Source of the DNA: an uncultured Candidatus Bathyarchaeia archaeon
GTDB taxonomy: Archaea > Thermoproteota > Bathyarchaeia > Bathyarchaeales > Bathyarchaeaceae
NCBI GenBank assembly: GCA_964347855.1
Contig: CAYGAE010000002.1
Location: 1 to 46,958 of the forward strand
Direction of reading: 5' to 3'
DNA: 46,958 bases
In this document: positions 18,653-26,690 of the stretch, one piece after another
How the letters are laid out: every line of letters begins with the position of its first letter
Numbering within the stretch: position 1 is the stretch's first letter
Translations under genes and position numbers: made by a program
The notes under the pieces: model-generated
The model's database searches: none
Told to the model about the DNA's origin: nothing
Seen by the model: the letters and a program-made list of their open reading frames with translations, nothing else

Positions 18653-19954
18653 GTGCTGATGCGACGTGCAGAAGTCTACACCGCCAGTGTCATGGTTTTG
18701 TCTTTGGCATCCTTAATTCAGAATATAGCGGGTACTCTGCCTGCCTCATATTTTCCATACTATGCAACTTCCGTGGGCGCTGAAATATGGTTCATAGGCT
18801 CATTCACAGCTGCCTTTTTAATTACGAGTGCTCTCCTCTCTTCCCCCTTTGGAAGCCTATCTGATCGTATAGGCAGAAAGAAGCTGATTCAAGCTGGACT
18901 ACTCGCAGACGTCTTTCTAGGCACCCTGACGGGCTTGATTCAGAGGTGGCAGTTTCTGCTGATTATCCGAGCCTTAAACGGCATAGCCACCGCCGCCGTG
19001 CGTCCAGTAGCAGAGGCTTCATTGATCGATCAGGTCCCCAGAGATCGCAGAGGCGAAGCTCTGGGATTCTTCTTGACCGCCACTCTAGTAGGCTGGTTTA
19101 TAGGGCCCGTCTTTGGCGGAGCCATCCAGTTTTTCTCAGAAACAAGTTTAGGATTGACCTTGGAAAATAGCTACCGAGTTCCTTATTTTGTGGATTCAGG
19201 GTTCTCTGTGATCGCCATGGGTTTAGTAGCTTGGAAAGTCAAGGAGACGAGAGGGCATGGCTCGACCAAAGAGAGAAGGGACCGAGCTGATGGAGAGGGT
19301 GTGAAACTAGGCGGCTGGATCTTGCAGTCCATTAGAGTCTTGTATGTCACAACCTTGACCAACGGCTTCGCTGTAGGCTTTATCGCGCCAGTTAGTGTTC
19401 TCTTTCTAGGCGCCATGTTCGGAGCCATTCCATTTCAGATCGGAGTGATTTTGTCTGTCTCTGGACTTGTGGGGATATTCTGCAACTTCCTCGCCGGAAG
19501 ACTAGCAGATATGTGGGGAAGAAAGCCAGTGATAGCCATTGGAAGCATATCTTCTCGACTCGCTTCCTTGGGATTGCCCTTCACGTCGGATCTTTGGCAA
19601 GCGACTGGAGTTATGGCATTTCGATCCTTAGGCATTAATGTAAGTATGCCTGCTGGTCGAGCTTTAAGAGCGGACCTAGTTCCTGCGAAGATCAGGGGTA
19701 AATTATTCGGGAGATTCACAGCCTCCTTCTATGCGGGTATGGTTGCCGGGGCACTCTTAGGACCGTGGCTCTTCGACATGTTCCAGTTTGAAGAGTTCAG
19801 CATCAAATGTTTCAGAGGAAGCTTGACAGTAAAAGGGATGGGACTTCCCTTCTTTGTGAGCGGAATAATGGGACTGATAGCCCTAGCGCTTCTACTTGCT
19901 TTTGTGAAGGAGCCTCCAAGAAAGGCGCGTGCAAACATTCTTAAAAAGCAGTGA
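18653..19954 (+). CDS. MFS transporter
   Basis: 433 aa with ~12 TM segments and the SDRIGRKK loop motif. GTG start. Confidence 0.8.
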   Translation: MLMRRAEVYTASVMVLSLASLIQNIAGTLPASYFPYYATSVGAEIWFIGSFTAAFLITSALLSSPFGSLSDRIGRKKLIQAGLLADVFLGTLTGLIQRWQFLLIIRALNGIATAAVRPVAEASLIDQVPRDRRGEALGFFLTATLVGWFIGPVFGGAIQFFSETSLGLTLENSYRVPYFVDSGFSVIAMGLVAWKVKETRGHGSTKERRDRADGEGVKLGGWILQSIRVLYVTTLTNGFAVGFIAPVSVLFLGAMFGAIPFQIGVILSVSGLVGIFCNFLAGRLADMWGRKPVIAIGSISSRLASLGLPFTSDLWQATGVMAFRSLGINVSMPAGRALRADLVPAKIRGKLFGRFTASFYAGMVAGALLGPWLFDMFQFEEFSIKCFRGSLTVKGMGLPFFVSGIMGLIALALLLAFVKEPPRKARANILKKQ

Positions 19955-19997
19955 TGCTAGTTAAGACAGGAATTCCAGGCTTTCGGGAAGTGATAAA

Positions 19998-20459
19998 TTG
20001 AACGAAGGAAGTTGGAGCCCTCCCAAATGGATGTATCGAGACAAACGACCTCCCAATGACGACGGCTATTTTGAAAACATGAGTAGAGTTATCTTTCTGG
20101 CCGGGTTGAGTTGGAAAATGATTGGTGAAAAATGGCCTAGCTTCAGGAAGGCTTTCCGGAACTTCTCGGTGGAAGCGGTTGCCAGATTCAGCGAAGAGGA
20201 TATACAGCGACTTATGGGCGATGCAAGCATAGTGAGGAATCAGGCAAAGATAGTTGCGACAGTCAACAACGCGAAACAATTTCGTAACATAAAGAAGAAA
20301 CATGGATCCTTCCAGCGTTATCTCGAGAGTTTGGACAAATCCAGCAATTATGCTTTGGTTACAAAGGAACTCGGCAAGAGATTCAGTAGGATTGGTCCTT
20401 CTTCAGCGCGTCTCTTCTTGTACAGCGTGGGAGAAGACATAAGGCGACCTATGGAATAA
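19998..20459 (+). CDS. tag: DNA-3-methyladenine glycosylase I
   Basis: 153 aa. AGLSW, FRKAF, IVRNQAKI and NAKQF match the Tag family pattern. Confidence 0.8.
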   Translation: MNEGSWSPPKWMYRDKRPPNDDGYFENMSRVIFLAGLSWKMIGEKWPSFRKAFRNFSVEAVARFSEEDIQRLMGDASIVRNQAKIVATVNNAKQFRNIKKKHGSFQRYLESLDKSSNYALVTKELGKRFSRIGPSSARLFLYSVGEDIRRPME

Positions 20460-20476
20460 TGCAAGCTAAGTGTACA

Positions 20477-20483
20477 CGCGCGC
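20477..20483. repeat. alternating (CG)3.5 tract
   Basis: tgtacaCGCGCGCactt, a 15-nt Pu/Py alternation. Intergenic between tag and lrp. Confidence 0.9.
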
Positions 20484-20590
20484 ACTTCCTCAAGAAAAAG
20501 AAGCCAGAAACAGTCAAGGTTTTGGCAGTCTAGAAACGCTGGTCAGTTTATCAAGGGAGACGCCGCTCTAGGATGTACTAGATCAATAGA

Positions 20591-20600
20591 CTTTTAATCT
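20591..20600 (+). promoter_or_regulatory. putative TATA box of the lrp-like gene (leaderless spacing)
   Basis: CTTTTAATCT 21-30 nt upstream of ATG 20621. Confidence 0.35.
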
Positions 20601-20620
20601 ATTTCACCTAATTTTAGTTC

Positions 20621-21112
20621 ATGCGAAAAGAATTACCTCAACTATTGTTGCGGGAACTCCTCAAAAACTCAAAACGAAGCGACAGAGACCTCGCCAAGGT
20701 TCTTAAGGTTTCTCAGCCAACGATCACGAGAGCTCGCCACAAACTCGAAAAGAACGGTATAATCCAGGACTATACCATCATTCCGAATTTCAGAGCCATG
20801 GGTTTTGAAATATTGGCTATGACATTTGTCAAAATGCGTCCTGAAATCCTCACACCGAAGATTATGGAAGAAACCATGAAATATGCAGCAAAGTTTCCCA
20901 ATGTGCTGTTCGCCTCTTCCGGACAAGGTCTAGGTATGACCTGCGTGATCATCTCTTTCCACAAGAACTACACAGAATACTACAAACAGCTGACGGAGAT
21001 GCGGGTTGACTTCAAGGAGCTTGTTGAAGACATTCAAAGTTTCATTGTTAGCATTGGAGAAGGAGAATACAAGAGGTTGTCCACAACTTACTTGAAACAT
21101 GTACCTCTTTAG
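20621..21112 (+). CDS. Lrp/AsnC-type transcriptional regulator
   Basis: 163 aa. N-terminal HTH (SDRDLAKVLKVSQPTITRARHKLEKNGIIQ) plus a C-terminal RAM-like domain. A TATA-like CTTTTAATCT lies 21-30 nt upstream (leaderless). Confidence 0.75.
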   Translation: MRKELPQLLLRELLKNSKRSDRDLAKVLKVSQPTITRARHKLEKNGIIQDYTIIPNFRAMGFEILAMTFVKMRPEILTPKIMEETMKYAAKFPNVLFASSGQGLGMTCVIISFHKNYTEYYKQLTEMRVDFKELVEDIQSFIVSIGEGEYKRLSTTYLKHVPL

Positions 21113-21150
21113 CGACATATTTTCCGCGGGCAAGTGCATTGTAGAACGGT

Positions 21151-22497
21151 CTATTGAGCTTCGGCGCAAATATAGTTCCTTTTCTGGATGTCCAGTGGGC
21201 ATCCTCCTCCGCAGATTTGGAGGTGCGTACAGTCCTTGCACTTTGCTTCTACGTATTCTCTATTTCTTATCTGCACCGCAAGGGGGTGATCCCAGATTTC
21301 TTGCCAATCATCCTTGAGGATGTGACCAAGGCTCTCAAAGTAGCTTTGACAAGGATAAACGTCGCCATTTGGCCCAACGCACATGTTGATCTTTGCCGCT
21401 GTGCACGATTTGACGCCTAGACCTAATCTAACGGGATCGAAGTGGCAATATTGGGTTGGAGTGTACCATAGAAACTTTAGTCCCAGCTGGTTTGCTTTTT
21501 CATGAATTTTGGGCAAAAGCTCTTTCAGGGTCTCGAGGGGTAGGATGAACTCCTCGGTTATCTGGTTGGCTTTTCCTGAGTAGATGAGACTGTTGCAGCC
21601 AAAGGCGGCAACCCCGAGTTCCTTTAGGAAGTCTATGGTTTCCATGAAATCTTGGGCATTGTATCTGCTAAGAGTGGTATTTGTGGTGGCGTAGATCTGC
21701 GTTGGGATGATGTTCTTGATTCCAGCGACAGTTTCTTTCCAGCTTCCTTTGGTTGCTGTCATTAAGTCGTGGATTTTGGGCTTATGGGATTCCAGGGTCA
21801 CCTGAACAAAGTCTAATCCTGTCTTCTCAAGGAGGTCAACGTAGGTTTTGTCTTTCAATCTTCTGCCGTTGGTTATGAGCCCGGTGACCATGCCCTTCTT
21901 TTGTCCGTAGAGCAGGAGTTCTGGCAAGTCTTCACGGAGTGTTGGTTCGCCTCCGGTGAAGTCTAATATGAACACGCCAATCTGATGAAGGCGATCGATG
22001 ACTTCTTTCCATTGTTCTGTGGCAAGCTCGGAGGTTTCGTGGGGTCCGCCGGCGTAGCAGTGGATACAATTGTTCTGGCATCTGAAAGTGAGTGCCAAAT
22101 CCATGCGTAGCGGAGCTGACAGCTGCTGGGTGAAGGGGTCCACTTGCTTTACGTCGAGAAAGGATATTGGGCAGACTTCCTCAGTCTGTGCCAACGTGCT
22201 TACTGTGTAAATCAACCGCTCGTAGTCATTCGTCACCGTCTCCCTGTTCACTCGATACAGGCGCCTGATTTTATCGACGGCTTCGCGGGTCGTCATGCCT
22301 TGCATAAAGAAGAAGGCGTGTGCTGTGGCTGTCTCGTTTAAATACAGAACCGTATTGGCGTTAACCACTAATAAACCCTGACCATCTGGCTCCACACGAA
22401 GCTGAAGAGCCAAACCCTCGAAATCACCAGTTCCTCGATAAGTATATCGACCTCGAGGAATCTTAGATGCTCGAAACACCTTGCGCAGAAAGCTCAT
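21151..22497 (-). CDS. radical SAM/SPASM maturase with N-terminal PqqD-like RiPP recognition element
   Basis: 448 aa. Residues ~40-105 (LLVVNANTVLYLNETATAHAFFFMQGMTTREAVDKIRRLYRV...DYERLIY) match the PqqD/RRE pattern. rSAM motif CQNNCIHCY. C-terminal SPASM cysteines CTAAK..C...PC...CKDCTHLQICGGGCP. Confidence 0.9.
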   Translation of the reverse strand: MSFLRKVFRASKIPRGRYTYRGTGDFEGLALQLRVEPDGQGLLVVNANTVLYLNETATAHAFFFMQGMTTREAVDKIRRLYRVNRETVTNDYERLIYTVSTLAQTEEVCPISFLDVKQVDPFTQQLSAPLRMDLALTFRCQNNCIHCYAGGPHETSELATEQWKEVIDRLHQIGVFILDFTGGEPTLREDLPELLLYGQKKGMVTGLITNGRRLKDKTYVDLLEKTGLDFVQVTLESHKPKIHDLMTATKGSWKETVAGIKNIIPTQIYATTNTTLSRYNAQDFMETIDFLKELGVAAFGCNSLIYSGKANQITEEFILPLETLKELLPKIHEKANQLGLKFLWYTPTQYCHFDPVRLGLGVKSCTAAKINMCVGPNGDVYPCQSYFESLGHILKDDWQEIWDHPLAVQIRNREYVEAKCKDCTHLQICGGGCPLDIQKRNYICAEAQ

Positions 22498-22516
22498 AAC
22501 TACCGGCTACCTCCTC

Positions 22517-24145
22517 TCATCCCACCCCTCCACCAGCACAAGCGCAAGCACATGAGACACAAGCACAGGCGCACGCGCAAGCCGCGCACGCACAGACGCA
22601 GCCGGATCGATGGTGGGCGGGTTGTGTAGAGGATTTTGCCGCTGGTGTTCGCACAATGGCGCTAGCGAATTTTTCGAGGTTTGTAACAATTCTGTTTGAG
22701 GTGTTTTCTACTGCGGTTGCTATGTTGTTTGCGAAGTCTGCGCCAGGAATTGTGGGGGGTTTTGCCGCTTTGGTGGGTGCCGTTACGTTTGGTTCATACG
22801 TGGGTTTGGGGTGGTAGTGCCGATAGCTGTACCAGTACCACAGCCAAAAGGGGCTCGGCTCAAAAGCCAGGTCGCGGAACACTGTTCTAGTGCGCGACTG
22901 ATAGTTGGGGTCAAGGAAGAGCCACAGCAATTGTTCGTCATAGGCTTTCGAGGCTAATGCGGGTGTGCCCGCTTTCTCGACTTGTGCCCAAGCTTTCGCC
23001 ACGATCTTTCGGTAGTAGTCGGTTGTGTCGCGGCGGCAGTATCCACGCAGTTTTTCTTCAACTGTATGTCGGAGGAACCGCATTGTTTGTGCCAGCTTCT
23101 CTTCGTCGAGGGTTCCATCTGCCTTAATGGCGTGGAGAAAGTCGATTTCGTAGTAACGGAGGGATATCTCAGGCGTCCCAGTCTTGTTCTCGAATGCTTG
23201 CATGATTTTCAGTTTGAACTTGGGAGTGGTTGACTTGACCCATATGGCTCTCTTCTTCAAGAGACTGTACATGATTTCTGTGACTATTCTTGTTGGCTTT
23301 AAGTCGAGGAGGTATGATGCCTCGACGGCTGTAAAGCCGTGCCTGATTCCAAGGGTTTCCATGCTGAGTGTGGGCGTCAGATATGGTTTCTTGCGGATCA
23401 CATAGACAACGGCCCCGATTGCTCCGATGGATATTCCAAGTATCAAGAGGGCAGGTCCATATTGCTGAAAAAAGGCGACTATACCGGTGGGCTCTGTCTC
23501 GTAACTCTTTACATACTCCTTGGGAAAAGAAACTCCAAAAGTGTACCTCTGATTGGGCGAAAGCTCTCGTCTCTGCCAGAATACTGACAATCGGTCTTCC
23601 TCTGGATACGTGCCGTTCCAGAGCTCTTGTGTGGTCGTTACGTTTTCGGTGGTTACGCCAGGAGGCAACACAATCTGTACTTGAAGGTCGAGCACTCTTG
23701 CTTCTTCCCACCAAGTTGGTATGAACTCCATACCAACGTTGTCCGGTGTGTCTTCGTATATCATGCGGGAAACGTTTGTCGTAAGGTTGAATCTGACAGT
23801 CTGCCCTGCTACTAAAGGCTCGTAAAGGCGAACCTGCACCCTGTAATCGCTTCCAGAGCTCGCGTCGGTGGCCACAAGCATGTGGCCATACTGGTCCATA
23901 GCAGTTACTATTTCGAAGCCTCCCTTAGGTTGACCAACATAAACGAAATTTATGAGGTCGCCGGAATCGAGTGCTATACTGATGTCGTAAAGCAAATCGA
24001 TGGTTCCATCTTGGTTTATCCATATCTTCGCCCATTCATGTTCTAGATGATACTCTCCCTCCCACTGTGCTGCTGCAGTGCCCATAAATGTCAATGAAAG
24101 AACCATGGCCGACACTGCGACCAGCAAAATAGGGTGCTTCACCAT
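22517..24145 (-). CDS. DUF2207-like membrane protein with C-terminal (Cys-Ala)n tail
   Basis: 542 aa: signal peptide, extracytoplasmic beta-rich domain, one TM (ALLILGISIGAIGAVVYVI), a cytoplasmic helical region and an aromatic patch (PFWLWYWYSYRHYH). The terminal sequence is SGCVCACAACACACACVSCACACAGGGVG. The DUF2207 resemblance is from memory. Confidence 0.7.
   Translation of the reverse strand: MVKHPILLVAVSAMVLSLTFMGTAAAQWEGEYHLEHEWAKIWINQDGTIDLLYDISIALDSGDLINFVYVGQPKGGFEIVTAMDQYGHMLVATDASSGSDYRVQVRLYEPLVAGQTVRFNLTTNVSRMIYEDTPDNVGMEFIPTWWEEARVLDLQVQIVLPPGVTTENVTTTQELWNGTYPEEDRLSVFWQRRELSPNQRYTFGVSFPKEYVKSYETEPTGIVAFFQQYGPALLILGISIGAIGAVVYVIRKKPYLTPTLSMETLGIRHGFTAVEASYLLDLKPTRIVTEIMYSLLKKRAIWVKSTTPKFKLKIMQAFENKTGTPEISLRYYEIDFLHAIKADGTLDEEKLAQTMRFLRHTVEEKLRGYCRRDTTDYYRKIVAKAWAQVEKAGTPALASKAYDEQLLWLFLDPNYQSRTRTVFRDLAFEPSPFWLWYWYSYRHYHPKPTYEPNVTAPTKAAKPPTIPGADFANNIATAVENTSNRIVTNLEKFASAIVRTPAAKSSTQPAHHRSGCVCACAACACACACVSCACACAGGGVG
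22535..22600 (-). repeat. coding quasi-repeat (TGY-GCN)n encoding the Cys-Ala tail
   Basis: Codon-by-codon reading of the minus strand gives CVCACAACACACACVSCACACA. It is an imperfect hexanucleotide periodicity inside the CDS. Confidence 0.9.
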
Positions 24146-24477
24146 TTTGGTTCCTCGGCTACTTCAAATGTTTGTCCACAATAGGGACATGTAGCATACG
24201 GGACGCCAGAAACGATTTTGATCTGTTTGGCATCTATGGAAGCCGAACAGTTGGGACATTTGAGCGAAACAGCTTTCATCGGTCCTGATAGTTCCAACCT
24301 CTGGATTATCGTCTTCGGCTTTCTGGTTATATAGTAGACTATTCCAAACCCTACAGCAAACAATAAGGCGGCAACGATTAATCTTGTAGGTGCATAAACT
24401 GAAGCTAGAGCAAATATGATCCCGAAGAAGAAAAGAACGGCAACAGCAATTGCGCCTAGCACTATTTTGAGGTTCAC
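24139..24477 (-). CDS. two-TM membrane protein with C-terminal zinc ribbon
   Basis: 112 aa: two hydrophobic helices, then CPNC...(19)...CPYC. Its stop overlaps the next gene's start (ATGGTGA, 24139-24145). Confidence 0.65.
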   Translation of the reverse strand: MNLKIVLGAIAVAVLFFFGIIFALASVYAPTRLIVAALLFAVGFGIVYYITRKPKTIIQRLELSGPMKAVSLKCPNCSASIDAKQIKIVSGVPYATCPYCGQTFEVAEEPKW

Positions 24478-24614
24478 GGTACATCTGAAAGAGCCTCTGA
24501 TAATTTAACCTTACGTGCGCCGCATCTAATGAAATCACGCCCAAGCTTTTCTGAAGATCCTTGAACTAACATCTACACTAGCATAATAAAATCCCTTAAT
24601 AGTCAGAAATTTGC

Positions 24615-24623
24615 CTATTAATT
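24615..24623 (+). promoter_or_regulatory. putative TATA box of the SMC-like gene (leaderless spacing)
   Basis: CTATTAATT 25-33 nt upstream of ATG 24648. Confidence 0.35.
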
Positions 24624-24647
24624 CCGCACTATGAGGGTTTCGCACCG

Positions 24648-26690
24648 ATGTTGATCCGGGAGGTTATCCTAGAAAATTTCATGTCCTACGAATATGCTAG
24701 GATACCCTTTAAACCGGGAGTCAACATTATCTGCGGACCCAACGGCTCAGGCAAATCCTCCATGCTTCTCGGAATCTCTGTGGCACTAGGCCAATCTTAC
24801 ACAGAAAGATCGAAGAAACTGAGCGATCTCATCCGGTGGGGAAAGGACCAAGCGCGTGTTACGGTTGTCCTAGACAACTCCAATAGAAATGGGCATCGAC
24901 CAGTTAGAAGGATCAATAAAGACTACATTTATCTGACGCGAATTTTGAGGCGGGACGGAAAATACTGGTTCGAACTCGAAAACAGGGCTGCGACAAAGAG
25001 TGAGGTCAACAGACTTCTCTCAAAGTTTGGAGTAGATCCAGACAACATGCTTATTATCATGCACCAAAACATGGTTGAACAATTCACGGTACTCCCTTTT
25101 CAAGAAAAACTGAGAATGGTTGAAGCTGCTGTAGGACTGGAATCCTACCGCCAAAACGTACTCATGGCTCAACGCAAACTAACACGCATCTTAAGCCAAG
25201 AGGAATCCGTGAATAAGCTTCTAGAGTCTGCTGAGCAAACCCTAACATACTGGAGAGAACAGTACGACCGCTACCAAGAGAAAAAACAACTAAAAATGAA
25301 ACGCCGCTTTCTGGACAGAGAATTGGCATGGGCTGAAGCTGGAAAAGTCCAGAAAACGGTCAACACCCTCAAAGAACAGATCGGAAAGAGACAGAACGAA
25401 ATACAAGAAATCGAAAACAGCGTAGAAGCCACCAACGGCGAGTTAGACAAGCTTCAGACAAAGCTAGCGCAGTCAAAGACCGAGTGGAGAAAACTCCTCG
25501 AAGAACTGCTTACACTGGAACGCGCAAAGGGAAGACACGAGTCACACCTTTCGTTGGTTAATCAAACCCTGAAAGAAACGCAATCTTGGGCGGCGATTCA
25601 TCAAAAAGAAACCAAAGAACACCTAGAGAAGATAGAACTACTAAGAACCAGCCTCCCTGGCAGTAACCCATCCGGGCTCAAACCTCCCTTCACAGAGATC
25701 AAAACGGCCTACGAGAATCTTGAGAAATCGTGGACCCAACGGTTTAACCTTAAAACCCAAGACCTAGAAGAATCCATCAAAGACTCGCAGCAAAGACTCG
25801 GAAAACTGGAAGCCGGAACCTCAGAAGCCAGAGAGAAGACTGATCACCTAGACTCAGAGATAGAAGGAATAAACAGCAACCTGGTGAGCCACAAGATTAA
25901 CCTAGCCCTACTGGAGTATCGAAGAGAAAGCCTGACTAGAGCCGTGAAAAAACTAGACAAGGAACTTCAAGCCTCCCTAACCGACCTTGACGAGGCAATC
26001 AGAAGAGCCCAGGACACGGGACCACAATTAGTGCCCATGAAGAGCATAGCGGAGATTTTAGATGAGATTCGTGTAACTGACGGCCATCTCGCAGCCTTGG
26101 CAGACGTTTCCGAAGACATCGAACGCATGTACGAGAAATATTCCAAACTGTACTTGGAGCTAAAAGAGAAAGCTCGCCAAGTTGCTGAAAACCGAGAAAA
26201 AGCCTTAGAAGAAGTAAAAACAAGGATGAACGCCTGGAGAACAGTCATTCAAAACCTCCTAGACCACATCAACATCCAGTATCAAGGAATCCTCTGGAAC
26301 GCCCAAGCAGTCGGTGACGTTCGGTTACTAAACGGACATGACATCGAAGCGGCGGGCCTACAGATTTTTGTAGGCTTTAGAGGATCGAAACCCGTTCCCC
26401 TCAACGCCTACACGCAGAGTGGCGGAGAAAGAAGCACTGCAACCATGGCCTTTCTTCTGGCACTTCAGCAGCACGTTCAATCCCCCTTCAGAGCCGTTGA
26501 TGAATATGACATCCATATGGACCCAAGAAACAGGGAAATAATCGCCGATCTTCTTGTTTCTTCTGTTGAAGGGACAGTCGCCCAGTACCTAGCCATCACG
26601 CCGAGCCAGATAACCTTCTCTGGAAAGGACGTCCACATCATCACAGTACAAAACGTTGAAGGGACAGCGCTGGTAAAAGAGGTAGCATGA
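24648..26690 (+). CDS. SMC-like ABC ATPase, short-armed and hinge-less (SMC5/6-like / archaeal SMC-related protein)
   Basis: 680 aa. N-terminal LENFMSY...GPNGSGKSS (Walker A). ~500 aa of heptad-rich charged sequence is interrupted near the midpoint by PGSNPSGLKPP. C-terminal signature QSGGERS and Walker B FRAVDEYDIHMD. Confidence 0.85.
   Translation: MLIREVILENFMSYEYARIPFKPGVNIICGPNGSGKSSMLLGISVALGQSYTERSKKLSDLIRWGKDQARVTVVLDNSNRNGHRPVRRINKDYIYLTRILRRDGKYWFELENRAATKSEVNRLLSKFGVDPDNMLIIMHQNMVEQFTVLPFQEKLRMVEAAVGLESYRQNVLMAQRKLTRILSQEESVNKLLESAEQTLTYWREQYDRYQEKKQLKMKRRFLDRELAWAEAGKVQKTVNTLKEQIGKRQNEIQEIENSVEATNGELDKLQTKLAQSKTEWRKLLEELLTLERAKGRHESHLSLVNQTLKETQSWAAIHQKETKEHLEKIELLRTSLPGSNPSGLKPPFTEIKTAYENLEKSWTQRFNLKTQDLEESIKDSQQRLGKLEAGTSEAREKTDHLDSEIEGINSNLVSHKINLALLEYRRESLTRAVKKLDKELQASLTDLDEAIRRAQDTGPQLVPMKSIAEILDEIRVTDGHLAALADVSEDIERMYEKYSKLYLELKEKARQVAENREKALEEVKTRMNAWRTVIQNLLDHINIQYQGILWNAQAVGDVRLLNGHDIEAAGLQIFVGFRGSKPVPLNAYTQSGGERSTATMAFLLALQQHVQSPFRAVDEYDIHMDPRNREIIADLLVSSVEGTVAQYLAITPSQITFSGKDVHIITVQNVEGTALVKEVA

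Noticed and set aside
22535-22600. The (TGY GCN)n run considered as a non-coding microsatellite or an assembly artefact at a gene end.
   Set aside because: It stays in frame with the 542-aa ORF, is imperfect at the nucleotide level, and is followed by GGGVG, the stop and an RBS for the next gene. It is therefore treated as genuine coding sequence, pending read verification.
24648-26690. Interpretation of the SMC-like ATPase as Rad50.
   Set aside because: There is no CxxC zinc hook at the coiled-coil apex and no Mre11 nuclease gene adjacent. The downstream partner looks kleisin-like instead.
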